DNA of 64,000 nucleotides from a virus (taxonomy: Duplodnaviria > Heunggongvirae > Uroviricota > Caudoviricetes): the IMG/VR virus record IMGVR_UViG_3300029305_011610, positions 13,395 to 77,394 of that record; one strand, written 5' to 3'. Below are positions 1-9,952 of this stretch, in pieces (the stretch's first letter is position 1; each line of letters begins with the position of its first letter). The position numbers were made by a program, and so were the translations under genes. The notes below the pieces were generated by a model, which was not told where the DNA came from, made no database searches, and saw nothing but the letters and a program-made list of their open reading frames with translations.

Positions 1-772
1 ATATATACATCGCGTGGCAAAGCTCGTTGTTCTTTGTACGACTGCACCAATTCATTATAAGTCTTGAACTTCAAATCCCACTCATCTTCGCCATCAAAGT
101 AGATATTCTTAGACTGCTGCAGAATGGTTCTCCCCTTCTCGTGCGTTTCGTTCAAAACATGGGTGTCAGTGCCTGCAATCATAGGAATTCCCGTCATCCT
201 ATGTATGTCATATAATTTTTGATTATATTGTATCTGCTTTTTATCAAGGTGATGTCCGATCTCCAAGAAACATCTGTGCTTATTTTTAAAAAGAAAATCC
301 AGGAACTGGTCTTCTACAATAGATTCAGCTTTACCAAACACTCCACCGATACATGCTGTCGTAATAATAATGTTATCTGAGGTAGAAAAAAGCTCCTCGA
401 AAGAAATTCGAGGAACATAATAAAAATGATTGTCTTTTCTATTAAAGCTGTTTGAGATTAAACCGTTAAGCTCTAGAAAACCTGCGTAATTCTTGGCTAT
501 TAGGACACAGTGATAATTATCTCTAACCTTCTCAACCATTGATTCCGTCAGATAAACTTCTGCAGCATGAATATACTTCATACCAGCCGCTTCAATCGCG
601 CTCTTCTTATGATACCATTCAAAAACCGAGCCATGTTCGCTAAACCCAAGTGCTGTCATGCCACACTCTTTTGCTCGATCTATGTATTCACCAAACTTTG
701 TCACGCTATCTACATTCGTAACTCCATTAGATAAGTCGCTATGCAAATGGTAACATACATAATTGTTAGCTA
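1..772 (-). CDS. DNA polymerase III alpha (DnaE-like) N-terminal PHP domain, partial; runs off the window start
   Basis: Minus-strand translation YHLHSDLSNGVTNVDSVTKFGEYIDRAKECGMTALGFSEHGSVFEWY matches the PHP H-x-H motif and the DnaE N-terminus. The frame stays open to position 1. There is no in-frame ATG after the upstream TAA; a strong AGGAGGTGA RBS precedes an in-frame ATA at about 766–768. Confidence 0.7.
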
Positions 773-791
773 TATCATCACCTCCTGCAGA

Positions 792-1775
792 TTATTTAAA
801 ACGTAATCTTTTTTCATATAATTTCATAAATACTTCGACGCCCTTATCGACAGGAGCGTCCTTTTCACCAAGTAGATCTTCATAATCCCAAAGATACTCT
901 ACTTGAACATAGTTCTTAAGTTTTTGGATATTATGGTCTTCTCGGATACGAACATCCTTGTCTAGTGCAAAGACAACTCTGCATCCTAGTTTTGCTAGTA
1001 TCTTCATCTGAAATGGGGATAAGTGAGATGTTAAAATCGCACCGCAATTTCTTATCCCCCATGTATCAGCAAGCAAAACACTTTTACATCCTTCAAATAA
1101 GATGATTTCTTTTTTTCGAAGGATCTCATCCATATTTTCGGCTAGTCCGTAAATGGTGTTTAACGTACCCCAAGAGTGAAAATAGCAGTACTTTCTTAAT
1201 TTCTTCTCTTTCCACTGCGGATCTAGTGTTCTGCCGCCGACATTTACGATTTTTCCATGAACATCTCTGATTGGATAAACCAATCTATCTGAAAAACTAT
1301 CGTATCTAACCTGGAACCTCTCCATAGACGCATTTGAGATCCCTTCAGCTCGCCACGCAGCAAGCTTATCGTCTCGCTTCTCGTATCTGTCCATGTAATC
1401 GTCGCTAAGAATCGTAGCCTTTGACTCTTTTATACGAGTCGGAGGCTTTTTGTATTTCTTAAAAACCTTTGTTGCAGACATTTTTTCCCTTGGAGCAACT
1501 ACATTTCCTTCAATGCCGGCATATTTATTTAAAATATCAACCGCTTCTTTTGCTCCGCAATTATTGTAATACCGAACGAAGGTAAAAACATTCCCTCCAA
1601 TGCCTGAGCTGTAGTCATAAAACACCGGAGGGTCTTGCCTAACAGAGAATGATGGTGTTTTCTCGTCTTTGAACGGTGAGAGTCCCCATGATTCTCCGTT
1701 TTTTTCTTCCAAATCAACGAACTGAGATATGTATTCCACTATATCAATCTGTTCCAACAGTTCTGAGAGCTCCAA
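792..1775 (-). CDS. DNA primase (DnaG-like, Toprim domain)
   Basis: Degenerate CHC2 zinc-finger region (SPFKDEKTPSFSV) plus a Toprim EG motif (ILFEGCKSV...LDKD). Follows the helicase in operon order. Confidence 0.8.
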   Translation of the reverse strand: MELSELLEQIDIVEYISQFVDLEEKNGESWGLSPFKDEKTPSFSVRQDPPVFYDYSSGIGGNVFTFVRYYNNCGAKEAVDILNKYAGIEGNVVAPREKMSATKVFKKYKKPPTRIKESKATILSDDYMDRYEKRDDKLAAWRAEGISNASMERFQVRYDSFSDRLVYPIRDVHGKIVNVGGRTLDPQWKEKKLRKYCYFHSWGTLNTIYGLAENMDEILRKKEIILFEGCKSVLLADTWGIRNCGAILTSHLSPFQMKILAKLGCRVVFALDKDVRIREDHNIQKLKNYVQVEYLWDYEDLLGEKDAPVDKGVEVFMKLYEKRLRFK

Positions 1776-1795
1776 ATCATTCTCCTTTCTCTAAT

Positions 1796-3127
1796 TTAGT
1801 ACGGATCTACCGGTATATGCTGTCTCGCCTCTTCAAGTGATATAACATTGCCGTTAAAATTAATGTCGATCCATTCACCGGATACATGCTGCATACCATT
1901 TCTGTTCAACTGAACTATCAGCTTTTTATTGCCGCACTGTGTACCATCCTGAGCTATTTCTTCTGGAGTTTTATCCAGCATTATCATGATTGTCGATGCG
2001 TTTCTTGCTATCTTAGCACTATCAGCAAGCTTTCCGTTTGCCGTAAGCTGGGCCGCTGCCAAAGCTGCGATATCCATCGAACCTGCTATGTCGTTTTTAA
2101 TCATGTCAACGAGCTTACCCAGCTCTGCATACGTTGCATATGCATCAGCGTCGCCACTAGACTTTAAGTAGTCAACAATTAAGACATCAAGCTTACTGTA
2201 TCGGTGAGATGTCTTCTTCACTGCGGTATAAATTGTCTGCTGATCAAAAATCGGCATATAAATATGTACTAACCTCTGGTTCCTAATCCACTCAAGTTGC
2301 TCAGCTATCATCATAGCTTCAAAGTCAGAGTATTGTCCTCGTCTAATTCTATTAAACTCAATCCCTGTTAGATGAGACAAAACACGAATTGTAAATAAAC
2401 GGGTAGATAATTCGCTGTCAATGTACATAACACTTTTGCCGCGCTTTAATATGTCAATTGCCTCGTTCAACATAAACATTGACTTTGCACCTTTAGCTGG
2501 AGCGCCAAGAACTACAAGTTCGCCCGGCTCAATCGTTACATATTCATTTAATGTTGGAAACTTGAATGGAATACCTGCTTCTCTGCCATCTTGGTGCGTT
2601 TGAATATCTTCCCATACTTCATCAATTATTTCTCCGAGTTCAGGGAGATCATCGGCAACAGAAAATTCTGACATAACATCGTCAATCATATTGTAAATCT
2701 TTTGTTGGATGTTCTCTTCATGCCCGCTATAGCATAGTGCTTGACATTCTTTAAGCTTTTTAAATGTGTCTCTACGAAATGCAGTATCTAAAACATTGCT
2801 AACCAACAATTTGTATTCTTCTACTGACGATCGCGCAATAACATCACTCATTTCGACCAGTTCATTTAACTTGTCTAATGTTATTTCCTCTGCTAATTTC
2901 CTTGTAGCTGGTAACGCATTTAAAATTTCTAAGATGTTATATGCGTCAATTTGAAATACACTTCTACGAGTTAATTCACAAATTGCAGTATAAACACATT
3001 GGTTATCTTTCTTTGTGAAATGATTTGGTAGTAAGTGCTCAGAATAGTACGAGAATTCTGGGTTGTGAATCAGCGTAGCAATAATACCGGCTTCACTTTC
3101 AATACTGCAAATATCTTCTGCTTTCAA
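1796..3127 (-). CDS. Replicative DNA helicase (DnaB-like)
   Basis: 443 aa. RecA-like core with Walker A-like GAPAKGAKSMFMLNEA and DnaB-family arrangement. Sits next to the primase. Confidence 0.75.
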   Translation of the reverse strand: MKAEDICSIESEAGIIATLIHNPEFSYYSEHLLPNHFTKKDNQCVYTAICELTRRSVFQIDAYNILEILNALPATRKLAEEITLDKLNELVEMSDVIARSSVEEYKLLVSNVLDTAFRRDTFKKLKECQALCYSGHEENIQQKIYNMIDDVMSEFSVADDLPELGEIIDEVWEDIQTHQDGREAGIPFKFPTLNEYVTIEPGELVVLGAPAKGAKSMFMLNEAIDILKRGKSVMYIDSELSTRLFTIRVLSHLTGIEFNRIRRGQYSDFEAMMIAEQLEWIRNQRLVHIYMPIFDQQTIYTAVKKTSHRYSKLDVLIVDYLKSSGDADAYATYAELGKLVDMIKNDIAGSMDIAALAAAQLTANGKLADSAKIARNASTIMIMLDKTPEEIAQDGTQCGNKKLIVQLNRNGMQHVSGEWIDINFNGNVISLEEARQHIPVDPY

Positions 3128-3136
3128 TTCTTAAAC

Positions 3137-3931
3137 TCACCTACGCCAATTTTCTATAGTCTCAATATTTACATCACAATGATCACACACTCCACAAATC
3201 CAATAACACCTGAAGAAGTCCTGATTTGGTTCGAAATCGCTCTCCGAAAAAATCTCCGAAATTTTTTCGATAGCCCAAGCCTTTGTAGCCTCTAAAGCAT
3301 CTATTTTGAATGGTTCAACTATGAAGTTTTGCGTTCTATAGCAGTTAAAGCACAAATATTTTGGATAAACACCAAACTCCTCTTTTATTGCAATAGAGTA
3401 CAGATATAGTTGCTTTAGATACTCATCCAACTCCCTGTCTTTCACAGTTGGCTTACCTCTTCCGCTTCTTGGCTTTAAATCTCTCGACTTATTATCGACT
3501 AGATATAAGTCTCCATCTTTTTCTCCAATGTAGTCTATATATCCCTGAAACTTATATCCGTCTATTTCAAACTCTACGTGCTTCTCAACCGCAACCATAT
3601 TAAATGGAAGCGGCTGGAAGCTTTGGAGATATGATAAACCATCGTTAATGTATTTACTGAGTGTTTCTGCTTTAGGTCGATGACCTTTAACTTCGCTACT
3701 AAATCTTTGAAGATACGCAATCGGCAAGTCTTCTTTATCAATTTCCCCTAGATAATATTGTTCTATGAGAGTGTGGATAAATTTACCATAACTGGCATAG
3801 AATTGTGCTTTCTCTGGGTATTTCTTGATATACTTCAAAAACCACTGATGCGGACAGTCTTCAAAGCACTTAATTCGTGAATAACTCCACTCCATCTCCG
3901 ATATTAGTGGAGCATAATTCATCTCACCCAT
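3137..3931 (-). CDS. Cas4/RecB-like PD-(D/E)XK exonuclease with Fe-S cysteines
   Basis: N-terminal CFEDCP, central DYIGEKDGDLYLVDNKS (D...D-x-K), C-terminal CYWICGVCDHCD cysteine cluster typical of Cas4-like phage exonucleases. Confidence 0.7.
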   Translation of the reverse strand: MGEMNYAPLISEMEWSYSRIKCFEDCPHQWFLKYIKKYPEKAQFYASYGKFIHTLIEQYYLGEIDKEDLPIAYLQRFSSEVKGHRPKAETLSKYINDGLSYLQSFQPLPFNMVAVEKHVEFEIDGYKFQGYIDYIGEKDGDLYLVDNKSRDLKPRSGRGKPTVKDRELDEYLKQLYLYSIAIKEEFGVYPKYLCFNCYRTQNFIVEPFKIDALEATKAWAIEKISEIFSESDFEPNQDFFRCYWICGVCDHCDVNIETIENWRR

Positions 3932-4290
3932 TAGAAGGGCAGACGGCTATCAGCCTCGCCGTCATCGACTTCTGGTTTTGAGGTTTTGGCAGTACCGCCA
4001 TCGGCCGTTTCGAAGTTAAAAATCTTAAAGTTATAATACGTAACATTCTTGTCTTTATTGTACTGATTTGTTACATCACAGTCGCCAATCTTAATTCTGT
4101 CTCCTTTTTTAAGCTTAGCCGCTTTGCTTGCACATGCAGTACCAACACAAATCACAAAGTCTGAAAAATCAGTTTCATACTGATTTGTATCTTTATTCTT
4201 TTTGCTTATTGAAAGCTTCAGTTTGGTCATTGTATCGCTCTTTCTTTCGACACTCCAAACCTTAGCGTATGTATCTTTATGAAATCCCAA
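3931..4290 (-). CDS. ssb: Single-stranded DNA-binding protein
   Basis: 119-aa OB-fold-sized protein ending in an acidic tail ...DDGEADSRLPF, matching the SSB C-terminal D-I-P-F motif. Start overlaps the upstream stop (ATGA). Confidence 0.7.
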   Translation of the reverse strand: MGFHKDTYAKVWSVERKSDTMTKLKLSISKKNKDTNQYETDFSDFVICVGTACASKAAKLKKGDRIKIGDCDVTNQYNKDKNVTYYNFKIFNFETADGGTAKTSKPEVDDGEADSRLPF

Positions 4291-4313
4291 TGTAGTCTTC
4301 TCCTTTATTTCTA

Positions 4314-4982
4314 TTATCGATTTTGTACATAAACACTTCTAAACTCAAGTAATAGCTTTGATGCCAGAGCGGGATCGGTAATCTTAAAGTAATCGCCACC
4401 CTTTACATATTTAGAAACCATTTTCTTTACATCAGCACCAACTTCAGGACGGTCTGATAACAGCATAGTAATTTCTTTATGCAAATCATCAATTGTCGCC
4501 TGAGCAATAAGTCTTTCTTCCTCCTCTTCCGCAGCTCTTTGTTTACTTCTCCAAGCATCAGGATCAGAGTCGGGTGTTGCAACATTGAAATACTTCAGCA
4601 GAAAATATCTCATAGAGTATGTAAGCCCGGAACCAAACGCCTGGGATGCGTCGCTCTGCTGGCCTACCAAGTTCCATGTAACATCAATTTTCTCTTCTGG
4701 ATTATCGTTGTTAATCCATGTGTAAACCATGTCCGCTGAAACTAGGATTTCATTTACTGTTTCTTGCACACCTTTTTTGTCCTTAACATATGTATAAGGG
4801 GCAACATCTAACGTATTGGGCACAGTTCTAGGAATCAGCGAGATTCCAAGTTTGTCCATCTGGCCTGTAATTTTCGCTAAGATTTCATCATCAGAAACAT
4901 ACTTATATCCAAAACCACTCTTGTTCTTCTGGATTACTTCAGTTGTCTTGCGAATCTTAGCAAGCTTCTGATACAGATTCAA
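4314..4982 (-). CDS. ERF-family single-strand annealing protein
   Basis: N-terminus MNLYQKLAKIRKTTEVIQKNKSGFGYKYVSDDEILAKI matches the ERF signature (NLxxALAKAQ...K..N..FKSKYA.L..VL). Adjacent to SSB and the nuclease. Confidence 0.65.
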   Translation of the reverse strand: MNLYQKLAKIRKTTEVIQKNKSGFGYKYVSDDEILAKITGQMDKLGISLIPRTVPNTLDVAPYTYVKDKKGVQETVNEILVSADMVYTWINNDNPEEKIDVTWNLVGQQSDASQAFGSGLTYSMRYFLLKYFNVATPDSDPDAWRSKQRAAEEEEERLIAQATIDDLHKEITMLLSDRPEVGADVKKMVSKYVKGGDYFKITDPALASKLLLEFRSVYVQNR

Positions 4983-4992
4983 ATTTTCTTCG

Positions 4993-5577
4993 TTATTCAG
5001 CTTTCTTCTCCTTTAGATATGCGGCTTCTGTGTCTGCAAGATGCAGGTGTACCGCCAGTCTGCATCTCTCAAAAATTCTTGATATGAAATAAGACCCGCC
5101 CTTTGATGCGCTGTCATATTCACCCATGTGAGCTCTAATTGCTAGAATTTCGTCCGGCTCTAGCTTCATGAAGTTCTGAAGAATAATTACAGACTTATCT
5201 GCATGATCCCCGCAAGGGAACTTTTCATCAAACGCCCAATATTCTTGCTGAACCCACTTACCATCAATCTTCTTGTTTCTCAAATCCTTCTTATAGCAGT
5301 TAACCTTACATACATCATGAAGTAACGCCACGATAGCAACTGTTTCATCAGAGTAATCGCACTCTTCATCTCTAGACAGTCTGTCTTTAAGGCACTCATA
5401 AACTTTCACTGAGTGCTCGCACAAACCGCCTTCGTAGTTGCTATGGAATTTTGTTGATGCCGGAGCAGTAAAGAAGTCGTTGAAATCAAGCCAATCAAAT
5501 AAATCTTCGCTGCCTTCTCGTTTAATGTTCTCACGAAATATGTGGATAAACCGCTCTCTATAATCAGACATACGCAT
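4993..5577 (-). CDS. HD-domain phosphohydrolase
   Basis: H...HD metal-binding motifs (TKFHSNYEGGLCEHS ... ALLHDVCK). Confidence 0.7.
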   Translation of the reverse strand: MRMSDYRERFIHIFRENIKREGSEDLFDWLDFNDFFTAPASTKFHSNYEGGLCEHSVKVYECLKDRLSRDEECDYSDETVAIVALLHDVCKVNCYKKDLRNKKIDGKWVQQEYWAFDEKFPCGDHADKSVIILQNFMKLEPDEILAIRAHMGEYDSASKGGSYFISRIFERCRLAVHLHLADTEAAYLKEKKAE

Positions 5578-5790
5578 CTCCCCTTTTTCTTCTGTTACTT
5601 CTTATTTTTGAGCATAAAAAAGCAGCCCATCAGAAATGGACTGTCATTATCAACTGTTTTGTCACGAAGTCTACATATTATTCGTGACATCATTCGTTTG
5701 TTTCGCAAGTTTCTTATCTTCTTCGCTACTACTTCTTCCGCCTCATCTTCTGTAAGTTCGTATACATAGTCCGAACGCCCACACCTTGCT

Positions 5791-5973
5791 TTAATTCTCT
5801 GTTAACAATTCACCAGCGTAATGGAGAATACAAATAATCACCGCGCAGATAAAAACACCAGCACTAATCTCTTTGCCATTAGCGACACATACAATGCCGA
5901 ATATAAGTTGGATAATCCACATTACAAGCATGAGGATATCTGTAATTTTTTTCGTATGCATATTTATCCCCAT
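5791..5973 (-). CDS. Small membrane protein (2 TM)
   Basis: 60-aa hydrophobic ORF in operon orientation. Confidence 0.4.
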   Translation of the reverse strand: MGINMHTKKITDILMLVMWIIQLIFGIVCVANGKEISAGVFICAVIICILHYAGELLTEN

Positions 5974-5975
5974 TG

Positions 5976-6890
5976 TTAAGTGCTAATCTTTGCTTTTTCA
6001 AATATGTAAGAAGGAGAAAGTCCTACCATTTCGCAGATTGCGGCTAGGCTTGATTGAACAGCAGGCCATTCGTCTTCCCTTACATGCTGGATAAGTGGCT
6101 TATCTCCCCTTTGACTCAGCCCAATACCATGTTTGTATCTTAGCTCATCATAAAGAGCTTTCCACGCATTGCCGTATGTAAAAGAACTTCTGTTAGCTAT
6201 CAATCTAATCGCTCTATTTACGCAAGCACGGTCGTCCCATGTTAGAATTTCGGTAGCAAGCATTTTATTATCAGTTTCTAATGCCTCAATATGTCGTCTT
6301 CTATACTTGTCAAGGTCAAGAGACGCCATCATAATTTTCATAGGATCTCCTGTAGCATACGCTTCAGCAATACCATAATATAGAGACATTTCTTTATCAA
6401 TCTCAAAAACTTGTTCTTCTTGTGAAGCATTTTCAAATACATTCAAAAGCTGAGTACGTACTTCGCGAGCGATTTCGCTATCTCGAAGTAGCATACCGAA
6501 ACGTAGGACGGCGCGTTTAGGAAACATGATCATCCCGCAATTTGGAACACGTAAGACGGTATCTTCATTCAGTCTAAATTCTTTCCATCCTCGACCTGAT
6601 TTAGGTTCCGACATAATGTCGGAATCTAAAAATTCTTCAAGAAGCGACTTATATGTTTGTCTAGATGCACCATCTGACTCAAATTCTTTGCGATTACGTT
6701 CAAAACATTTTTCGATTACTTTTTTATCAACCTCGTAATAGTCAGAAACCTGCTGCATTGTCATAAGATTAAGTTGAGGTAACATGAATAACTGCTTTAC
6801 ATGGTCTAAGACCTCAACTCTTTCGACAACACGTTCCCTTAATTCCTGATTTTCTATTAAATTCTCTTCTGTTAATTGTAATTTCATCAA
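5976..6890 (-). CDS. Hypothetical protein (possibly antirepressor/regulatory)
   Basis: 304-aa ORF, co-directional and tightly packed. No confident domain. Confidence 0.5.
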   Translation of the reverse strand: MMKLQLTEENLIENQELRERVVERVEVLDHVKQLFMLPQLNLMTMQQVSDYYEVDKKVIEKCFERNRKEFESDGASRQTYKSLLEEFLDSDIMSEPKSGRGWKEFRLNEDTVLRVPNCGMIMFPKRAVLRFGMLLRDSEIAREVRTQLLNVFENASQEEQVFEIDKEMSLYYGIAEAYATGDPMKIMMASLDLDKYRRRHIEALETDNKMLATEILTWDDRACVNRAIRLIANRSSFTYGNAWKALYDELRYKHGIGLSQRGDKPLIQHVREDEWPAVQSSLAAICEMVGLSPSYIFEKAKIST

Positions 6891-6968
6891 AGATTCTCCT
6901 TTAATTCCTTATTTGTATTTAAAAAGCAGGCCTACTAAAGACCTGCTTAATTTGTATTATTTATTTGA

Positions 6969-7616
6969 CTAATCCCATAGACGCCGACACCTATCACTAT
7001 CGCGCATCCCTACAGTGGATACATAAAACTCAAATCTTCCGGCTGGAATAGCGTCTATATCAATGAATCTTTTTTCTTCTATACTCCATTCTTGACCGGG
7101 TATAAATACGATTTTTGCATCCTCATGACGCATCCCGCCCTTTACAAGTGTCTCCTCGTACCATTTATATGCAGCAACAGTCTGATCATTATCACCAAGA
7201 GAAGTGAAATCTGGCAACCGTGGAAATGTTGAATTTCTGCTTACACAGCCATGTTTAGCTTGAAGGATACTCATCATATTAGATGTATTTACTGCAATTT
7301 CTAGCTCTCGCTCTTTCTTTGTTAATCCACAGCGTTTAAACTCTTCATCAGTAAATCGTAAATAATATTTATAATTAGGAGCAACTTTAAGTAAGCCTTC
7401 AATCTCTGATTCAAAAGTATTATTTAAAGCGAGCATATTAAACTTATTAACGGCATCACTATAGATCTTATCACTTGATCTATATTTTTTTAAAAAAGAC
7501 TCTTCAGCAGATTGATTTTGTTTGAGTCTTTTTTCTCTATCTTCTGTGGCTGCTTTATCGTTTACTTTTATACCCAATAATATAAATATCATTATACACG
7601 CAATAATAAAAGACAT
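6969..7616 (-). CDS. Membrane-anchored hypothetical protein
   Basis: N-terminal TM helix MSFIIACIMIFILLGI followed by a soluble domain. Confidence 0.5.
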   Translation of the reverse strand: MSFIIACIMIFILLGIKVNDKAATEDREKRLKQNQSAEESFLKKYRSSDKIYSDAVNKFNMLALNNTFESEIEGLLKVAPNYKYYLRFTDEEFKRCGLTKKERELEIAVNTSNMMSILQAKHGCVSRNSTFPRLPDFTSLGDNDQTVAAYKWYEETLVKGGMRHEDAKIVFIPGQEWSIEEKRFIDIDAIPAGRFEFYVSTVGMRDSDRCRRLWD

Positions 7617-7638
7617 AAACTCACCTCACCACACAGAA

Positions 7639-8595
7639 TTATAGATTAAATGCGCCTTTCCATTTTTCATAATCACGCTTAAATTCTCGTGATATCGACG
7701 CTAAACGAACTTCATGTGGAACGCTATCATCGAAGTTTTTATCTTCTATATACTCGTTTGCAATTGAGATAAACTCAACAGTATCTCCAAGTTCTTCTGC
7801 CTCGTATGCACGGTAAAATATACCTGACATCCATGCTCTTTGGTAGCTAATTACTTTATCAGTATTTCCGCTTTTATTCGCCCTAGCAACTTTTCTAGAC
7901 ACCTCATCCCTTATGCCTCTTACGTTAACAGTTGAAGTTCTAAAACCACGAAGTAACTTATCTCCTGGGGCACGATTTCTTTCTCTTTTCGACTCGGCAT
8001 AATCATTTTTCCGGTAAATCATTGTATCCGACAAAAGGTTTTTAAGTACTGGAAACGCCTTTGGATAAATTTCAAGATATCTTCCTTTATATTTTATAGT
8101 CCGGTTAAAAAGATCAATATCAGAAGTTTTTAACTCAGTTATAAAATCATGATTTACTCCATGATATGCCAGCCACAAATATCCCTTATAAACGTCATCT
8201 ATCGTCGGATCTGTGTCATCGCCAAATACATCTGTTAGAAACTTATCCATTTGCAGCGGATTCTTAATCATGTAAAGCTTAAGTTTTCCGTAGCCAACAG
8301 AATTAATATTAAGCATACCATCGCAAGCTCCTGGAACATTATTATTTATGCACCACTTTACATATTTTTTCAGAACATTAATTCGCGTCCATTTTGCTTT
8401 CGTTCTCAGGCCAGCAATTTCATTAACCAAGCCGTCTAGCTCTTCTGCAGACCTAGTGCAAATATCTGCGCCCCATTCTTCCTCGTATTTTGCTGCAACC
8501 TTAAACGTATCCACAGCGAAGCTGATACTCTTTTCATCTTTTTCTGATTTATACATATCAGAAAGATAGCGCATTTTCAGTTCTTTGTTGTACAA
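7639..8595 (-). CDS. Hypothetical protein
   Basis: 318-aa ORF. No recognisable catalytic motif. Confidence 0.5.
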   Translation of the reverse strand: MYNKELKMRYLSDMYKSEKDEKSISFAVDTFKVAAKYEEEWGADICTRSAEELDGLVNEIAGLRTKAKWTRINVLKKYVKWCINNNVPGACDGMLNINSVGYGKLKLYMIKNPLQMDKFLTDVFGDDTDPTIDDVYKGYLWLAYHGVNHDFITELKTSDIDLFNRTIKYKGRYLEIYPKAFPVLKNLLSDTMIYRKNDYAESKRERNRAPGDKLLRGFRTSTVNVRGIRDEVSRKVARANKSGNTDKVISYQRAWMSGIFYRAYEAEELGDTVEFISIANEYIEDKNFDDSVPHEVRLASISREFKRDYEKWKGAFNL

Positions 8596-8607
8596 CTCTA
8601 TTCCCCC

Positions 8608-9069
8608 TTAAGATTTATGTAGGGTTTTCATAGCATTTAAACTGATAGCCTTCTCCCATAAAACTAGGAGACAACTAGGATCAACAAATGCTATAGCAGA
8701 AGTTGCGAGTAAATGCGCTTCGGCAATCTTTGACATATACTCGTCAGACAGAGTCGTAATATAGGTCTCAAGTCGACTCTTAGAAACACATTCAGGATTT
8801 TCGCAAAGCACCATACTATCTCTTAAAAGGCCTGTACCTTTTGCAGGGATTACAACATGAGTAGGCTGACTTGTTTTCTTAAGCTGGCTTGTCATCGGCA
8901 AAACAATTACGTTTGGGCTATAGGTATTCCCAACATTGTTTTGCAAAACAACTGCAGGCCTATATCCATGCTGAACACTGTCACTGCCATTAAATCGCAT
9001 GGTATACACGTCGCCAATGCAGATATTTCTATTACTATTTCTTGCTGTCATGGTGCCACTTCCTTTCAT
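8608..9069 (-). CDS. mazF: MazF/PemK-family endoribonuclease toxin
   Basis: GDVYTMRFNGSDSVQHGYRPAVVLQNN...NVIVLPMTSQ...THVVIP matches the PemK/MazF core (RPAVV...VIVAPITS). No antitoxin-like ORF is adjacent. Confidence 0.7.
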   Translation of the reverse strand: MKGSGTMTARNSNRNICIGDVYTMRFNGSDSVQHGYRPAVVLQNNVGNTYSPNVIVLPMTSQLKKTSQPTHVVIPAKGTGLLRDSMVLCENPECVSKSRLETYITTLSDEYMSKIAEAHLLATSAIAFVDPSCLLVLWEKAISLNAMKTLHKS

Positions 9070-9130
9070 AATACTTAGTAATTACGAATAAATTGTAGCA
9101 CCATGCAGCCAAAATGTCAACACAGTTTTA

Positions 9131-9466
9131 TTACCGTTTTACAAGCAGCAGACGAAACGTGTTCTTTATATCTTTCTGAGTGGTGCCACATGTAATAGAA
9201 ACCTTTATCAGAAACTCATCTGTGTCATCAACACGAACTTTTTCTACGCATTGCATACAAATATCATCACACGCTCCTTTTAAGTAGATTAAATCTGGAG
9301 CAAAATGGATATTCATACCAGTAAACGACAGATGAAATCTTAACGGGGAGTAAGGCCAGCTCTGATTGGCCGACTCAAACAAAATCTTTGAGTAAGAGCA
9401 TTTTTCGATATAACGCTTAAATTCATACAGTGTAATAGTTCTCTTCATATGTACAGCCACCTCCAT
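9131..9466 (-). CDS. Hypothetical protein
   Basis: 111-aa ORF upstream of mazF. Not antitoxin-like. Confidence 0.45.
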   Translation of the reverse strand: MEVAVHMKRTITLYEFKRYIEKCSYSKILFESANQSWPYSPLRFHLSFTGMNIHFAPDLIYLKGACDDICMQCVEKVRVDDTDEFLIKVSITCGTTQKDIKNTFRLLLVKR

Positions 9467-9697
9467 AAACCATAATCATATAGCAGATATACTGTTTTTC
9501 TGGCTCATGTGAGTGGATGACATTTGCCGTTATGTATATCATTCATTTATTATGATAGTATCTTACTACGATACCGTTTCTTTGTCAATTATCTTTATCG
9601 GATATTTCTGATTGGAATTATATCTTAATAGCTGTACTAGAATAGGGACTGCTTGAGTATTCTTGATAAAAATAGAGGGGACGATAAATCCCCTCTA

Positions 9698-9952
9698 TTA
9701 CCCTGTAATAGCATCTCTTAAGTCGCACTTGACTCCTTCAAGCAAATCTTTTACCTGACCCATCGCATCAGATACAGATTCCAGACAATTAACAGCGTTT
9801 TCCATCCGTTCGTATCTCTCGCTATACTGGAGATTTTCCGGCATATTATCCATTGCATCATTCTCTTGCTCTGCGACTTGATCTGCTATCTCAATAATCA
9901 TATCGGCGTACTTAATCGCTGTTCGCAGTTTACTTCGCTTTTTTTCGTTCAA
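9698..9952 (-). CDS. Hypothetical protein
   Basis: 84-aa ORF. Confidence 0.4.
   Translation of the reverse strand: MNEKKRSKLRTAIKYADMIIEIADQVAEQENDAMDNMPENLQYSERYERMENAVNCLESVSDAMGQVKDLLEGVKCDLRDAITG

Noticed and set aside
27-215. 62-aa plus-strand ORF at the window start
   Set aside because: Antisense to the DnaE-like PHP-domain reading frame that spans 1–772.
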